From NCBI GenBank assembly GCA_025786725.1, contig JAHLTZ010000033.1, positions 62,001 to 126,000 on the forward strand: a stretch of 64,000 bases of DNA, given 5' to 3'. Positions within the stretch are counted from its first letter, which is position 1; each line of letters begins with the position of its first letter. Under the pieces are notes generated by a model. It saw only the letters and a list, made by a program, of their open reading frames with translations. It was not told the DNA's origin and ran no database searches. Position numbers and translations under genes: made by a program. Positions 12,136-24,574 of this stretch are shown here, one piece after another. This DNA is from Syncephalis fuscata S228. Its lineage: Eukaryota; Fungi; Zoopagomycota.

Positions 12136-13012
12136 TTAAAAAAATAGCAATTGTTTAATTAATAAAATGCTAAAGCTACGTATAACTTTACGTACAATAA
12201 AGCAAATTGCTTGATATTTTGCACAAGTATGCGTATAACATGTAGTAGCTACTGGCAAAGTATACCGTTATTGTATTGTGTGATGGGGTAGTAGCTGCGA
12301 TAATACACTAATAAATGTGCAAAAATGGCAGTTTTTAGTCATTTATGCTTGTATAAACAAAATACAGCAAAATGATTGCCAGATTCGAGTTCCCCGTGCT
12401 TGGCTGTATCGTTTGGTATGACTTATAGAGCAATTATTTTTTGCAAAAAATGTTAGCCAAAAATACGATTTACGCGTAAATAGTTAACAAAAATTTAAGC
12501 TATATGTATATCAATAGCATAGATTACCACTGTATATCGGTATTTGTTTATATTAACTTGTTGTTATGATTGTTATAGTATTGTAAGTTTTAAATTTATT
12601 TAATTTAATTTAATTTTTGCTATTAATTTCTAAAATCATATAGTTTAATTATCTTTTTCAAATTCAAATATTTACGTAAATCGTATTTTTGGCTAAATTT
12701 TTTGCAAAAATAATGTTCTATAAGTCATACCAAACGATACAGCCAAGCACGGGGAACTCAAATTTGGCAATCGTTTTGCTGTATTTTGTTTATACAAGTC
12801 ATAAATGACTAAAAACTGCTATTTTTGCACATTTATTAGTGTATTATCGCAGCTACTACCCCATCACCAATACAATCACGGTATACTTTGCCAGTAGTTA
12901 GCTATATGTTATACGCACACTTGTGCAAAATATCAAGCAATCTGCTTTATTATACGTAAAGATATACGTAGCTTTAGCATTTTATTAATTAAACAATTGC
13001 TATTTTTTTTAA
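12136..13012. mobile_element. Foldback/MITE-like long inverted repeat (arms ~12136-12485 and ~12666-13012, AT-rich spacer)
   Basis: The left arm (AAAATAGCAATTGTTTAATTAATAAAATGCTAAAGCTACG...TTCCCCGTGCTTGGCTGTATCGTTTGGTATGACTTATAG...) is the reverse complement of the right arm over ~340 bp; no ORF. Confidence 0.8.
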
Positions 13013-13297
13013 CTTATATACCATTGTCTTTAGCATCCAATAATATTAAATTTACTATTCTAATACTTCTGATACTATCATGGCGTTAACGCAATATTTT
13101 TGCAATTAAATTGTAAAATAGCATTATATTGATATTTTAAACGACATGAATAAAATAGTGTATTATATACATATGGCAAGTGAATATTTGTTTGCCATAG
13201 CTTTAAAAATAATTACATAAAGTGATATGCTGTATTAATGATGTATAATATAAAATATTTAACTTTTATCAATATAGATACTTGATAAATTTAGTGC

Positions 13298-15238
13298 TTA
13301 TTTCTGCATACCAATTGAACTTAAATGATTACCGAATGCTACCGCTGCTTCATGCAATAGCATATGCGCTGCAGTGTAAGTGTCTAGTCGAATAAGATAT
13401 ACAGCGTGCTCGTTTAAACGTGTGCATTGATACATGTCTGCTATTGTCATGTTGTCGTATTGTTTGCCTTGATTCATGTCGACATAAACTGGTGCATCGT
13501 TAAACTTTTTGTTTAACTGCGCTATCAGCAATGTTGTTTGTGCAGATAATTCAACTGCATTGTTGCTGTTTCGTGTACCATGGATCACAAGTATGGTAAT
13601 ACTGCCGACTTTTATGCTTTGAATGTTATTATCAAGTTTTTAATTGATCCATAGTGTCTAGTGGCAGTTGGCATGTGTTTGTTTCTACAGCGTTGTTAGC
13701 AATAGTTGCAAGGCTACTATCAATAAATATGATGGCTTTGTATGATTTATTATTTTGTGCATAAAAGTGACGAGTACGCGTATTGGTGCAGTTGGCTGGA
13801 TCGACGACCTGACAATCAAGGGCACGCGAACCTGATACACAGATAGGAGCTGAAAACAAGTTAAATGGAAACCAATTAAAAAAATTTTATAATGAGGCAG
13901 CCTTGGACCATGCTGGTGTATCTGCAAATATACTACAATAATCAGATAAAGGATATTTGATGCAAAGTTGGGAATGTGTTTTTAATTTCGGGCGTGTCAT
14001 GAATAAAGGAAGTCGTTGTATTAGCGGTAAAAAGTATAAAAAGGCAGTTACTTTTCAGTCGCTTGAAAAACGTTTTACAAAATTTTTTGATAGCTCAACA
14101 ACACCATCGGCAACAAGAATTCGTTCTGTTTCGTATGACTTTAATAAATCCGATTTGGCATATCCGTGATAAACCATGCCTATTTTCCACGCAATGTTTT
14201 CTGCATCTTGTAAAACCCAGATTCATTCCCTGTCCACCTGCAGGACTGTGTACGTGTGCAGCATCGCCACAAATAAATACACACCCATCTTCGGAAATAT
14301 ACTGCAAAGCACGTCGCTCATTTATGCTGAACATTGAAAATGACAATATTTGCGGATTGCCAAAGTCCATTGGGAGAAAACAACGCCTAGCCTCCTCAAC
14401 TAGCTCCTCTTCTGTTGGATCTGGCGCATTAACATCCCAATTTAAAAAATGCGATATTTGTTGTTACCGCATACACAAATGCCTATTATAAACCCATCTG
14501 GTTTATTAATAGACCTAAAAATAAATCAACAATAGTATAACACATAATTGGCACACTTACCACGCTACTGGTAACCAATCCACATCAACTTCGGCGTCAA
14601 AACCTACTATACGATTTCCAGGGGATTGTCCGTTAAACTAGGCGCCTACAGCTTTACGTATTTTACTGCGTCCGCCGTTACATCCAGCTATATAAAATGT
14701 CTGGCGCGTTATAACTTCATCCAAATCGACTCTCTTAAACTGGATACTGATTTGCTTATTGTCATCGATTGATTCGTGTGAAATGTACTTCCATCCCCAT
14801 TTTACGTAAATTACTAATTCAGCTAGTCTTTCGTAAAGTAGAGATTCCGTGCTGTTTTGACCACATGCCAGTGCTATAGGATATTTGCAACGAATACAAT
14901 CAACAAACGTGCTTTCTAAAAAATGTTATTATGGATTTCAAGCCATCCATTAAATAAGTTTCCAGCTGCCAGTAATTTTTCCGCTAATTCATAACAAACA
15001 AATATTTCAAGAACACGTGGGTGTACGCCAGAAGCACGCCATTCTGTAGTTTGCTTGTGATTACGTTCTATTCAATTTATGTATATATTAGCTTAATATT
15101 GCTTTTAATCTTTGCAACTACCATTGATCTCCACAGGAACGCCAATTTCTGTTAGCACAAGAGCAGCCATCAATCCCACCGACCCTGCACCGACAATGAC
15201 TACAGGTTGTTTATGTTTGATTCTTGACCAACACTCAT
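13298..15238 (-). pseudogene. FAD-dependent aromatic monooxygenase (FAD_binding_3/PheA-like) pseudogene
   Basis: QPVVIVGAGSVGLMAA (GxGxxG); RASGVHPRVLEIF; IAGCNGGRSKIRKAVGA* (DG motif mutated, in-frame TAG near 14640); VFICGDAAHVHSPAGGQGMNLG; several frameshifts. Confidence 0.85.
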
Positions 15239-17330
15239 AGCTAGTTTAGGCTTGAAAAAAGATATATACGTGACTATAGTTAGACTAAAGTGTTGTGATG
15301 ATATGTTGAATAGTAAGTAGCAAAAAGAACATCTTTGGAGGAGTATTTATACTACTTGAGACTTGAAGTGTATACGCGGATAAATTACCATCTCATATGC
15401 ACAGTTTACTTACCTCGATGTCACGCGAGAATATGCAACGGATAAAATTGTATCTTAATCCAAAAGCTAAGGGCATAGACTTATGAAACTGCCCCTCGCT
15501 ATTTCCTATGTACCCGTTTGAATCATAGCCAAGAAGCAATGACCCATAACTGTTACATATCTATACTTATTTTATATTTAAACGATTCTATATATTGTTC
15601 TACCTAGTAAAAAAGGAAAACATGACACTCATTTGGCCTAACGGACTTGGACAAATTTGAAGCAATTAAAATTGAGTAAAATGTCAATAGACACATTCTG
15701 CAGCCTTTGATAATTCATTGGCATCCAATTAAAGTCGGTTCATTTTTCTATGCATTTGGTATTATGCCAAATTTGTTGTATATTCAGTAGTTTTTATTTA
15801 AAATCAATTATACACTATAAAATACGTTTGAACAATTTGTTAACTCATCTAGAAACTAATTATAAAATTTATGTACTTTATTTTCTTTTTGAAGTTTCGG
15901 GTAAACTAATACATTGCCTTATAAGCTGTTTACAAGCATTAAGGGTCCAGTAACATGTAACATGTATTTTACCGTATGCTGAACTTAGAAAACACGCTAT
16001 ATGACTACAAAACAATGTATAGGAGTACTGGTTGCATGGATAATCGATGTTCTAACTCTGAATCCAACGATTTATTATTGTTATGCCGTGTCTTGTATTA
16101 ATAGTGTCATGTATGCATTTGTCAGTTATTACATTACAATGCAACACATCTTCTGCAAGATATTCGAAATAAACGGTGGAGTCAGTATATTTATGCAGCA
16201 TTGTTTTTAAACTACGTTAGTAATGGCAATAAAAGGCCAGTAGCATAGCTAATCAAGTATGCAAAAGTACACGCAACGTTGTTAAAGTTGCTATATTTAA
16301 GTATAATAACATAGATTTAAAAAATAAATATTTTCAAAAATAGATAAAACGAATAGCTACTGGTTGTAAAATATTATTTATTTGTTTAATAAAATAGATA
16401 GACTTATATACTGATTATTCACGGATAATAATAATAATAATATAGCTATAATGAATCATAACACTGTTACCATCCTAATGTTCTGGACAGGATCTTGCAA
16501 AAGTGCAATAAAATATACCGTAAAATTAGATGATCTGTTAAAGCTGCATGTGATCGGTCGGTCACAAAAATAAAACATATATCAAATATTAGCACTAATC
16601 GCTAACAACAAATAACCATTACAAAATTATAGCTAGTAAATGCTTTTTAGCTGTGAGTATATGAGCAATTACATGAACTGATGCATTGCTTTAATGATAA
16701 AATGTTTTATAGCATTTATATCCAATTATTAGCCATGTTTACTACATAATAATAGTGCTATTTAATATTAATAAATACAATATGATCATAGTAGTATCTT
16801 ATTTCTACTTAATCTATACAAACTATTCAGCTCATCACAATTAACTATGTTAATTAATGCCAATAGGCAATAAGTTTATTAGCAATAACAATATCAAAAA
16901 GCCAACGCACTGTATTATGAGCATTAAGGTAAGCGTTAATAAGTATCAGAAACTAACATTATAGGATAGCGCTAGGATAAGGCGTTGCTTGGTCATCTAA
17001 GCTGCGGCTTCTAAAACTAAAAATGTAACATTGTAATGATGAATTAAATTTGCTTTGTGTTTATTAAAAATAAAATTTAAATTGATAATATTTTGGTTTT
17101 ACTTCATATTACTATTAAAAGTGTAAAGTGGTTAAATTTTATAATTATTATTTTTGTTCATTATGCACGTATTCATTAACCTAAGCTAGAATAACTTATT
17201 TATTACTGATTATTAACAATAACTGAACTACTTTTTTAGGTCAAGCCCAGAAGTAACGGTATTAATTTAGACTTATTGTTGTTATAAATAAATTGCAAGT
17301 AATAAATTCAGTTTATTTTCAATTACACAA

Positions 17331-19096
17331 TTAATTGCGAGGTAGATCAGAAGCTTGTTCTGCTACAGCATAAGTCCATATAGCCAATGCGGCAGCATTC
17401 TTGGCCAATTGTTCTGGTTTCAAAATGACATTTGATCACCGTGGCTATATTCAATATAATTAATTAGTAAATAAACAATAAACAGTTTAAATAGCTACCT
17501 GTGATGAATGTCAAAGTAGCTATAATTGATCCCAGGAGCTCCCCCGGTAATTGGATCGCGCGATAGTAAGCCAGCACAAGGTACGCCAGCCTTGCAAAGT
17601 GGCGCAATATCGGCACCTGTGTCACCCGCTATTAATTCATACACAATCTGTTAATGCACTATTAGTAGTAACAAGCATCAACTTACACACGACAGTAACA
17701 TCACCGGCAAATTGACCAACCTTAGGCTTTTGAAAATTTTGGCCAATCGATCTCAGGATATTGGCCGCATTATTACCTCCCGAAAACATTATGCCAGCTG
17801 GTTCAAAATTGCCAAGATCAGTCTCAAGTGCCATAACATGATTTTTTAGTTCATAGTTATGAGCAGCCGCATAGCCATTTCCACCAGCATTTCCTTGCTC
17901 TTCGTCAGTCCATAGAACAAGTCGTACTACAAATAACGTCAGTAAATAAAACAAAAGTATACTATTACTTACCGGTACGCTTAGGCCGTTGAGGCAAGCG
18001 AGAAATAGCCCGTAATGCCTCCCAGCTAGTGAAAGCGCCAGCACCATCATCAACAGCACCGATTCCAATATCCCATCTAGATCATTCGATAAATAAACAT
18101 TTTTAATGTTCCATCATGTTGCTACTTACGAATCATATGTCCACCCATAAAACAATCTTTTCAGGCGATTCACGGCCTTTTACGTCAACCACAATGTTGT
18201 AGCCATCATACTCTTTGGGATCAAGACGCGATTCAGTATAAAAGCGCAAGCGGGGCACTCTATATCTATTGGGATTACTCATCGCACGATTATATATGGA
18301 TTCAAGTTCGCTCGCGTCATTTCGGCTAATAGCTGCGACTGGTATTGTGCTGGTAGAGTTAAGCCAGTATGGAGAGTATTACTTGATTTTGGTGTAACAG
18401 ACGCAATAATAGCGGCCACCGCGCCGTATCTTGCTGCTTCCTGAGCTCCTCGTAGACGGTAAGCAACAGTGGCTTCGTAACCTTGCCACGGTTCGTTATA
18501 AAGCACAATTTTACCGCGGATTCTTTGCTGGCCCAGCCTGGCCAACTCGTCGAAGTTACGCACAACAACAATGTCAGATTCAATGCTTTTAGACGGTGTA
18601 GCAGCCGATCTACCTAGAGTAGTCATTTGAATACCACGCGCTTGACCCCTCGGGAGATTTTCAGGATTGATATAATGAATGTATTCACGTCCTCGGGTCC
18701 AATGCTTAACCTTGACTATTTCCATTATTGGATTAAGGCCATCGGCTTTCATTTGGCCAACAATCCAATTTGTTGACTGGCAATTATCGGTATTCATTTA
18801 GTCGACAATAATCAATTTGCACGCCACTTACATCCGCCAATCCTTTCGATCCAGTAAGACGTGAGCCAAATCTTGATGTCATTTCATTCAATCGATCCCA
18901 AACGATACTACTATAATATATAAGTATAAAAATTACAACAACATAATGCTTACCGGGTAGCAAGTGTAAAGCTGGACAGCCATTGAATATTTGCATCAAA
19001 ATTAGCATCCAAGTCGGCGTCACCTGTCTCTCGTTTCTCCAATGAAGCTGCATTGACCATTAGAGCAGAAATAAGCAGAAAATATAGCGACTTCAT
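17331..19096 (-). CDS. Secreted M28 metallopeptidase (carboxypeptidase Q/PGCP-like with PA domain), multi-exon, several frameshifts
   Basis: Signal peptide MKSLYFLLISALMVNA; WDRLNEMTSRFGSRLTGS; HWTRGRE; IRGKIVLYN; WDIGIGAVDDGAG; LVLWTDEEQG; ALETDLG; C-terminus NAAALAIWTYAVAE. Frame breaks near 18345 and 18140. Confidence 0.85.
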
Positions 19097-20632
19097 GATT
19101 AATAGTTTGTTAGTCGTAATAATAAAAGTAAAATGTTGGCAATGTAAAATAGAAAAAATGAGATGATTATGGATATGTAACAGATGATTTTATGGCAATA
19201 AATACATCTTTTAAATAGTGTTGCCTTTGCCTAAAGTTGGACAAACACGGGTGCACTGTAAACATACTTAATAATTCAAGGTGAAGTAATTGAAAACAAA
19301 TGGCGTATACCTATTGCAAAATGGCTTAATCTGGTAATGCGTAATTGTATTGTCCAGATTTAAAATCCGTATATACATTTTGTATATTGCTATCCAGGCT
19401 ATGGCTATTTTTATACCATTAACTAATTATATTAATTAACTTAATGATTTTATTAAATTAAATTAGTATTTTAATGTATAAAGAATAAAACCCGCACCAA
19501 AATGTTAAGGCGAGCAACAACGTAAATGATCAGTAGCTATAGAATATGAATTGATTACTTGCATCAAAATAACCTGTTTGCCCTATGAATTACAGGGCCG
19601 TTGAGGATAAATATTGAAACATACAAGTATTGAAAGGCTTTTCTACCATGTAAATGCGCTTCTGACATTCTTAATACTTGCTGTTTTCCTTTTTTAGATA
19701 TCTAGCCTATTTTTTTGTAAACGCAATAGTATTACAAAAGGCTATAATTATCGCTGTTCTACTTTTATTACAGCCAATGCGGTAATTACAGTAGCAGTTG
19801 ATATTAAACTAGATAGGTTTTGTCGTACAGCTATGTTAATAGTTTAAGATATTGTCAAAAATTGCTATCAAGGCCAATAGCAATTGTACAGCTCAAGGCA
19901 ATCAATGGCTCTATGGGCTTGGCAAAGCTAGTAATTACTATTAGGCAATACTTGGGAATAATGCTTTGTTAATGAACCATATAGTTCTACTAATGTTAAA
20001 TTTAACATTGCTCTATTAAATAATATTTAATTGATTCAGCTATCAACAAGTAATAAATGGCTATTCATTTAAATAAGAATAAAAGTGTTATTTAATAGAT
20101 AGTAAATATCAACTACTCTTTTAATAATATATTTGTAGAAACAATGTCTCTAATAAATGAATATATATATGAAGAAAGTCACAGCATTGTGGCTTATTAG
20201 AAAAGAAAAGGCCGTAATTGAAAGAGAGAGAGAGCAAGAAAAAAGCGACAAGAAAGTTAACGCGTATGGGTATGTGCACAAATAAAGATGAAATGAAACG
20301 AAATGAGAGTGTTATTGTTGTTACATTGTAGCTTTTGCACTTGACCAATTCTTTTCAATACGGCATTAATACCAGCCTGACGTCCATACACATATAACTG
20401 TTTCCTTGAATGATCGGTTAATGTCATCCATCGACCACTCCTTGTTTATCGTGTAGCTACGTTGCTGTCCCGTTCTTGAGTCGATATTGATATAATAGCA
20501 ATACTAGGAATAAAGCTAACTATACTTTATCACTAATATTAACCATTATTGCTGCTGCTGCTACGGCTACTACCAATATTGTCGCTACTTATTAGCAAAT
20601 CCCATCAAAACTATACCTAGCACTGATTATTA

Positions 20633-23600
20633 TTATGAAAAGCGATGGTTTGTCAATTCGGCAACATCATGCTGTTTAAGTACACGTACAGTCATGTTAT
20701 GTTCGCCGGTAGCATGCAACTCAAGCGATTCTAGCTTTTGGCACACATCTTCAGAGATGGCGTGGCCATTTAGCTGTGCTACTGAGCTATTGGACTGCTG
20801 GTTTTCAAATGCTTTGATGCGGGCCCGTAGCTCTTTCGTTTCTGTTTCAAGTTCGGCAATACGCTCCTCGCGTACTTCGGCTTCGTTGGCGCTAAATTCG
20901 GCCAGATCACGTTGCTCTGTTACTTTACTACGTACACGCGTCAGTTCACCTTCATAGTTTTGTAGCTGACCACGTAATTCAGTAATGCGTGCATCTTCAT
21001 TGCTGTCCCGTGCCCGAAGTTGTCCACGTAGCTCATCTATTTGTCCATTTAATTTATCCATTTCTTCACGTTTACCGGCCATCAATCCTCGTACACCATC
21101 TAATGTTGCGGCAAGTTCATCGCGATCAGCACGGCTACGAGCAAGTTCTGTTTCAAGTAGTACACCCTTTTCCACAGTAGCACGTAACTCGGCTTCGGCC
21201 TCAGCTAGTCGTGAACCAGCAGTAGCCAGTGCGCGTGACTTTGCCTCTAGCTCTGAGCGTATTTCTGCTACTCGTGCATCGGCCTTTTCGCTTGCTTGGT
21301 GTAGATCCTTTTCAAGTCCTTGCACTGCTTCTTCTGCGTATTCACGTTCCATTCGTGCCACCAATAGCTTTTCAGCGGCCGATTGTGCAGTTTCTTCCAA
21401 ATCTTCACAGCGGTCACGAATTTGGTCGCGTTCTTGTCGAAGCTGGCGTAGTTCAGCGCGTGCATCTTCGGCCTCTGTTGCTAAATCACGTTCACGCTCG
21501 CTAAGCTGGCGTATTTTGCTTTGGGCCTCAGCTAGACTATCCTTCGTACGTTGGTGATCGCTTTGAGCTGCGTTAAGCTCGGCTTTTGCACAAACAACTT
21601 GCATCTCCTTTTCGTCTAGTTCGGCATTCAAACGACTAACTCGTTCACGCATTGTTGTCAATTCTTGATCTAAACGTTCACGATCTGCATCATTCACGGC
21701 AATAGATGGTGGTGGACCAGATCGCGATGATACAGGTGGCGCTAAACTTGATAGCGATGGCACATCGATCGATGAGTGTGGTGAACCAAATATTTCGCCC
21801 ATAACTTCACCACCGCCAATAAACGATCCGGTACTGCCGCCAAGGCCACTAAGTTCTGATGCAAATGAACGACCCATCGTCTCATCGTGTAGACTGGTGA
21901 AAGAGCCAGTGGGTGAAAGGCCACCACGTAGATTGCCATCGCCAAGATGCCCACCATATGATCTATCCATTGAACTTTCAATAAGCATTGGATCGCCACC
22001 CATCATTGTAACTTCTTCAAGTTGGCTTGTCAGCGTTTCAATCTCCGATTCTAAACGTGTACGAATAGACTGTTCATCGGACAATTGGTGTTGCAGCTCT
22101 TGTTGTCCGCGTTCTAGATTTACTACTTGCGATGTATAGTCTTGGCAACGCTGCTCAAGTTCTTGGCACGTTTCAACTGCAGTACGCGCTTCACGTCGTG
22201 CCGTTTCAACTTGCTGGTCGCGTTGGCGTAATTGCTGCGTAACTTGTTCAAGTCGTTGAGTTATTTCGGCAACTGTATCTTCATGCGCGCCTTTATTTGC
22301 CTCTTGTTTAACCAATAAAGCACGTTGTCGGTTAACATTCGTTTTAAGATCGCGTACTTCAGCTTGTAGTTCTTCCTTCTCGTTTTCTATCTGTTGCAAC
22401 TTGGCCTCTAAGGCAATTAGCTGTTCTGTCTGCTCTTCAAAGACACGATGTTCATCGCTATGTTCTTGAGTTAACGATGCTACTCGGCGATCGGCTACAT
22501 CTAATTTAGACTCCATTTCGGCTGATCGTTTACGATAACGCTCAGCCTCGGCATTACTTAACAGCTGCTCCTGCGCCAGCTCCCCGTTCATTGCCTCCAA
22601 TTCGCGGCATCGTTCCTCAAGCGAGTCTTGTTGCGCAGCCATGATAGTAAATGCACGCGATGACTCACGTACTAACTGATCATATTCTTCACGCAACTGA
22701 CGCAACGACTCGCTATCCTCCGTCTCGCCCGTGCTAAAATACTTGGCCTCTCGGTCGCGGGCCTCGGTCAGCTCGTGGCGCAAGTCCACAAGCTCTTGTT
22801 CTCTCCTTTCTAACTCTTGTTGCATCTGATCGATAAGAATGTGTCGGTTAACTGAGTCCTCGAGCTTGATTGAAGACGTCGTACCTCTGCGGTCCTTGCC
22901 GTTAATTCCTCGTCCTTTTCTACTACCCGTGCCGCCAGATCGGCTGAAGCCGCATTATGGATAGCATGCGACGTCTCTTGGTACTTGAGTGCCTCCTCTA
23001 GCTTCATGCGAAGCTGTTCCAGTTCCACTGTACGTTCACGCAAGAGCGAGTCCAATTGATGTACACGTTCCATAAGTCGGGCGTGTTCCTCATTGCGCTC
23101 GGCCAATGACATTTCAAGCTCGCGCAAATGAATGCGCGTTGCCTCAATCTCTCGCTGACGCTGTGCCGACTCTTCGGCCAATTGCGCTTCACGTTGAAGT
23201 AGCGCCTCTTGCTCCAGACGTGCCTGTTCGTCGACTACATTCACCGCAACATCGACCATCTCGCGGCCGTCGTTGCTGCCTTGTGAAGAAGAGCTGGTAC
23301 ACGACATGGATGCAGCGTCATGAAATGCCTCTCAAGTACACGTTTTTCCTCGTTTTGAAAGTCTACCAAGTGTTGTAGTTCAAGTGCACGCCGTTGCAGT
23401 ACTTCGAGCGTGTAGGCAGAGTCGTCGAGTTGTCGGCGAAGTTCACGCGGACTGTCAGAAGAATCAACAGCGTCGAGGTCAGAATTTAAATTGAATGTAA
23501 CACGTTTTTTAGGTGGAGTCGATGCAGGACGTTGAATCAGCTCCACCAACCGAGCACGAGCCGCTGGCAACGCCATATCGGCTGATGCGCGTTTAGAACG

Positions 23601-23777
23601 AGAGCCATCGCGTAGATCAGAGCTGGAACGTGCACGACGAGTTGAACTCGACTGACGCCCATTGGCACTGGAGGCTGATGAAGCGACAGTGGATAAAGGA
23701 CTCCGGCGTGGAGGAGACGTGCCAGTACGGCTTGGTGAATCGGATGTTTGCCCAATCATATCGCGCAGGCACTCCAT
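20633..23777 (-). CDS. Large (~1000 aa) coiled-coil protein, split by two apparent frameshifts (~23330, ~22830); possible extra 3' exon to ~20330
   Basis: Three abutting minus-strand ORFs (192, 165, 730 aa) with continuous E/L/R/Q heptad composition. The Ser-rich N-terminus contains KKRVTF. Confidence 0.75.
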
Positions 23778-24526
23778 ACAACACACAAAAGACAAAACTA
23801 ATACAAAAATGCTGCTCACCGAAGCTAGGGACCGAGATTTACAAGATAGTGCTATGATAGTAATAGTATTTATCGTAGCAGTAATAGTAAATAAAGCAAT
23901 ACTATTTCTTATACTATAAATACTACAACACTATATAGTTAATGAATTGTTACAATGACAATGTCTAGTCCGAGGGCAGGCCAATAGTTTTAATACGGAA
24001 GGCCTTGGAAAGGTAGTGGTGGTGGTGGTAAATAGTAGGTAGTGGTAGTAGTGGCGATAATAATAATCAGTCTAAATAGCGAAAAGAAAGTAAAGCTTGT
24101 TAGTATTCTTCTATCGCTTCTATATTAGTATTCTTGTTATGCTTATTTTGGATATTAGCAATAGTTATTGTAGCGAAGAAAAAGCCAACAAAGGCCCTTT
24201 AATTGTTTGTCTTCGCCTCAGCACTACTTTTACATCGACTAGTATTAAAGTATTTATTGTTACACTTTTAACATGTTTACACCTACGCAAATGTATACGT
24301 TGCAGTTGATGCTGTTACTAATGCTGTTGTTATGTTGAATTTGCCGTAATAATGACAATAGCACTGGTATCAATAGGCTTTGGTCACCCGCGTGCGAAAG
24401 AGGGGCGTGTAGAAGGTGGAAAGTAGATAGAATATCAAGTAGAACCACGAGTGCTGCAGTGCAACGTCACCGACTGCATGGCATGAGCCAGTCATAAACG
24501 ATGAATACAACAGACAGGCCGACAAG

Positions 24527-24527
24527 C

Positions 24528-24571
<44 letters not shown>
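24527..24571. repeat. (AGAC)n microsatellite
   Basis: Tandem AGAC units. Confidence 0.9.

Positions 24572-24574
<3 letters not shown>

Larger units (their letters stand above)
9680..12967 (+). repeat. ~3.3-kb segmental duplication, copy 1 (direct repeat of 56173-59481)
   Basis: Near-identical sequence starts at CCAAGTATATATCACTGAC in both copies and continues through the CAP gene into the foldback palindrome; flanks differ. Confidence 0.95.

Noticed and set aside
12375-12410. tRNA-like TTCGAGTTCC in the palindrome arm
   Set aside because: No cloverleaf or A-box can be built.
20694-22139. Plus-strand and alternate-frame ORFs inside the coiled-coil gene (likewise within 3258-4157 and 49256-54474)
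   Set aside because: Shadow ORFs produced by biased codon usage of the real gene.
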